NCBI GenBank assembly: GCA_963422365.1
Contig: OY729426.1
Span: 1,536,001-1,600,000 of the forward strand
Length of the DNA stretch: 64,000 nt
Direction of reading: 5' to 3'
From: Nitrospirales bacterium
GTDB taxonomy: Bacteria; Nitrospirota; Nitrospiria; Nitrospirales; UBA8639
The notes beneath the pieces were generated by a model that did not search any database, was not told the origin of the DNA, and saw only the letters and a program-made list of their open reading frames with translations. Of this stretch, positions 62,911 through 64,000 are shown one piece after another. Numbering within the stretch: the first letter of the stretch is position 1; each line of letters starts with the position of its first letter. Both the position numbers and the translations under genes were made by a program.

Positions 62911-63372
62911 TCAGGGGGCTTGTGTCGATCGTTGAGTATGGAGTTTCTCGGAAAAGGAAAGGGACCGAAGGCCCTTCATGGGAAGGCGGATCTCGCCGAA
63001 GTCGGACTGTCCAATAAGCGTGACCTCCTTCGCCAGAGGAAATTCACCGGATTTGCCGTTTAACAGCTTGATGGTCAGAGCCTGACGACCCTTCATCGGG
63101 TGATCGGGTTTAACCTGAATTTTCGCGATCTGTTGAAATTTGACGTTGATCGTGGCGGCTCCGTGTTTGACCGGAATATGCGTGATTTCATGTGGGACGA
63201 ATGTCGTCTCATCAATTTTTTCTTCCCAGTAAAGCCGGGCGTTGGAGACCGACATCTGGACGCCTTCGGCATCGATGGTTTTAGCCGTAAACGTACTGTT
63301 TTGAGCGAGGGCATACGCGGGAAACACGATCGTCAGAGCCAGCAGTAAGGCAAAGAAATTGGCGCGGATCAT
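62911..63372 (-). CDS. Hypothetical secreted protein
   Basis: AAGGAG RBS, signal peptide ending AYALA; lies within the tonB-exbBD operon. Confidence 0.7.
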   Translation of the reverse strand: MIRANFFALLLALTIVFPAYALAQNSTFTAKTIDAEGVQMSVSNARLYWEEKIDETTFVPHEITHIPVKHGAATINVKFQQIAKIQVKPDHPMKGRQALTIKLLNGKSGEFPLAKEVTLIGQSDFGEIRLPMKGLRSLSFSEKLHTQRSTQAP

Positions 63373-63410
63373 GATGTATTCTCCTTTGTGATGGGATGTC
63401 TTCTGAGTAC

Positions 63411-64000
63411 TCAACTCTTCTTTAAATTGAAGGCAATGGGAACGACGAGCCGTTCAATTTCGATGGATTCAGGCGGTTTCGTTGTTTGGAGAACCTTTTT
63501 CAACGTGGCAACGGCTGCCTTATCCAAGATGTCATAGCCTGATGGTTGCGAGATTTTTAAGGCTCGCACGGTTCCGGTCCTTGATAGAGAAATCGCGATG
63601 TGGGTGATCCCGGAATATCCAAGGCGTTTAGCGAGACGCGGGAATTCAAGGGTTTGGGAGATTCTCTCGCGCAGGCGCTTGCTAAAGGCCAAGAGTTCCG
63701 GAGAAAACCCGTTCGTCGAAACAGACCTGGAAATGGTTGTAGGACGGGCTTTTCTCATTTGGCGGGCATAATTGATCGTTGTCCGTGCCTGCATGACGGG
63801 CCTTCCTGATAAGAGTGCGGCAGGTTGACGCGCGGGCCTCGACAAAGTAGGCCTCACCGCTGGTTGAGACCCCCTGCGGGAGACGTGTTGTGTGTGTTTC
63901 ATAACTTCCATTGCCGGAGCACGGGTTATCTTCTCGTCATGAGACGATAGGCTATTAACGGATTGCTGCCGGGGTGATGAGCTGACGGAGGCGACGACTG
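63411..64000 (-). CDS. tonB: Energy transducer TonB, C-terminal part (5' end beyond the window)
   Basis: FP.LA.RLG.SG, G.V....I..PSG..ILDKAA, VPI.F.L; the frame stays open to the window edge. Confidence 0.85.
   Translation of the reverse strand, partial: VVASVSSSPRQQSVNSLSSHDEKITRAPAMEVMKHTQHVSRRGSQPAVRPTLSRPARQPAALLSGRPVMQARTTINYARQMRKARPTTISRSVSTNGFSPELLAFSKRLRERISQTLEFPRLAKRLGYSGITHIAISLSRTGTVRALKISQPSGYDILDKAAVATLKKVLQTTKPPESIEIERLVVPIAFNLKKS

Overview
Bacterial chromosomal window, most likely from Nitrospirota (Nitrospirales-like). This is inferred from protein style and gene order, not from a database search. 1-33.4 kb (+) is the core transcription/translation supercluster: tRNA-Gly(end), tRNA-Thr, tuf, rpmG, tRNA-Trp, secE, nusG, rplKA, rplJ/rplL, rpoBC, the str operon with a second apparently identical tuf, and the S10, spc and alpha operons. 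33.5-49.7 kb (+) holds lptCAB, rpoN, a frameshifted rapZ, pilMNOP without pilQ, aroC and aroB without aroK, a GAF-GAF-ANTAR regulator with a candidate ANTAR attenuator, nadE and glnD. 49.7-64 kb (-) is accessory: a degenerate peroxiredoxin-like gene, a PIN/TRAM protein, a BrnT-like toxin-antitoxin pair, two small Zn-finger ORFs, and an iron/heme uptake locus (TonB, ExbBD, DUF2141-like protein, FRAP/NPNL heme receptor, membrane SpeE-like/TPR protein, secreted multi-CbiX-like protein split by an in-frame TGA) with Fur-like boxes and nested palindromic repeats. Most notable observations: (1) L10 and L7/L12 are encoded in one uninterrupted ORF that has an internal SD/ATG; (2) the heme-uptake locus has a secreted chelatase-fold protein but no visible HmuTUV or heme oxygenase; (3) an ANTAR attenuator precedes nadE-glnD; (4) short palindromic elements are inserted inside one another; (5) a candidate anti-SD sRNA lies in the receptor 3' UTR.
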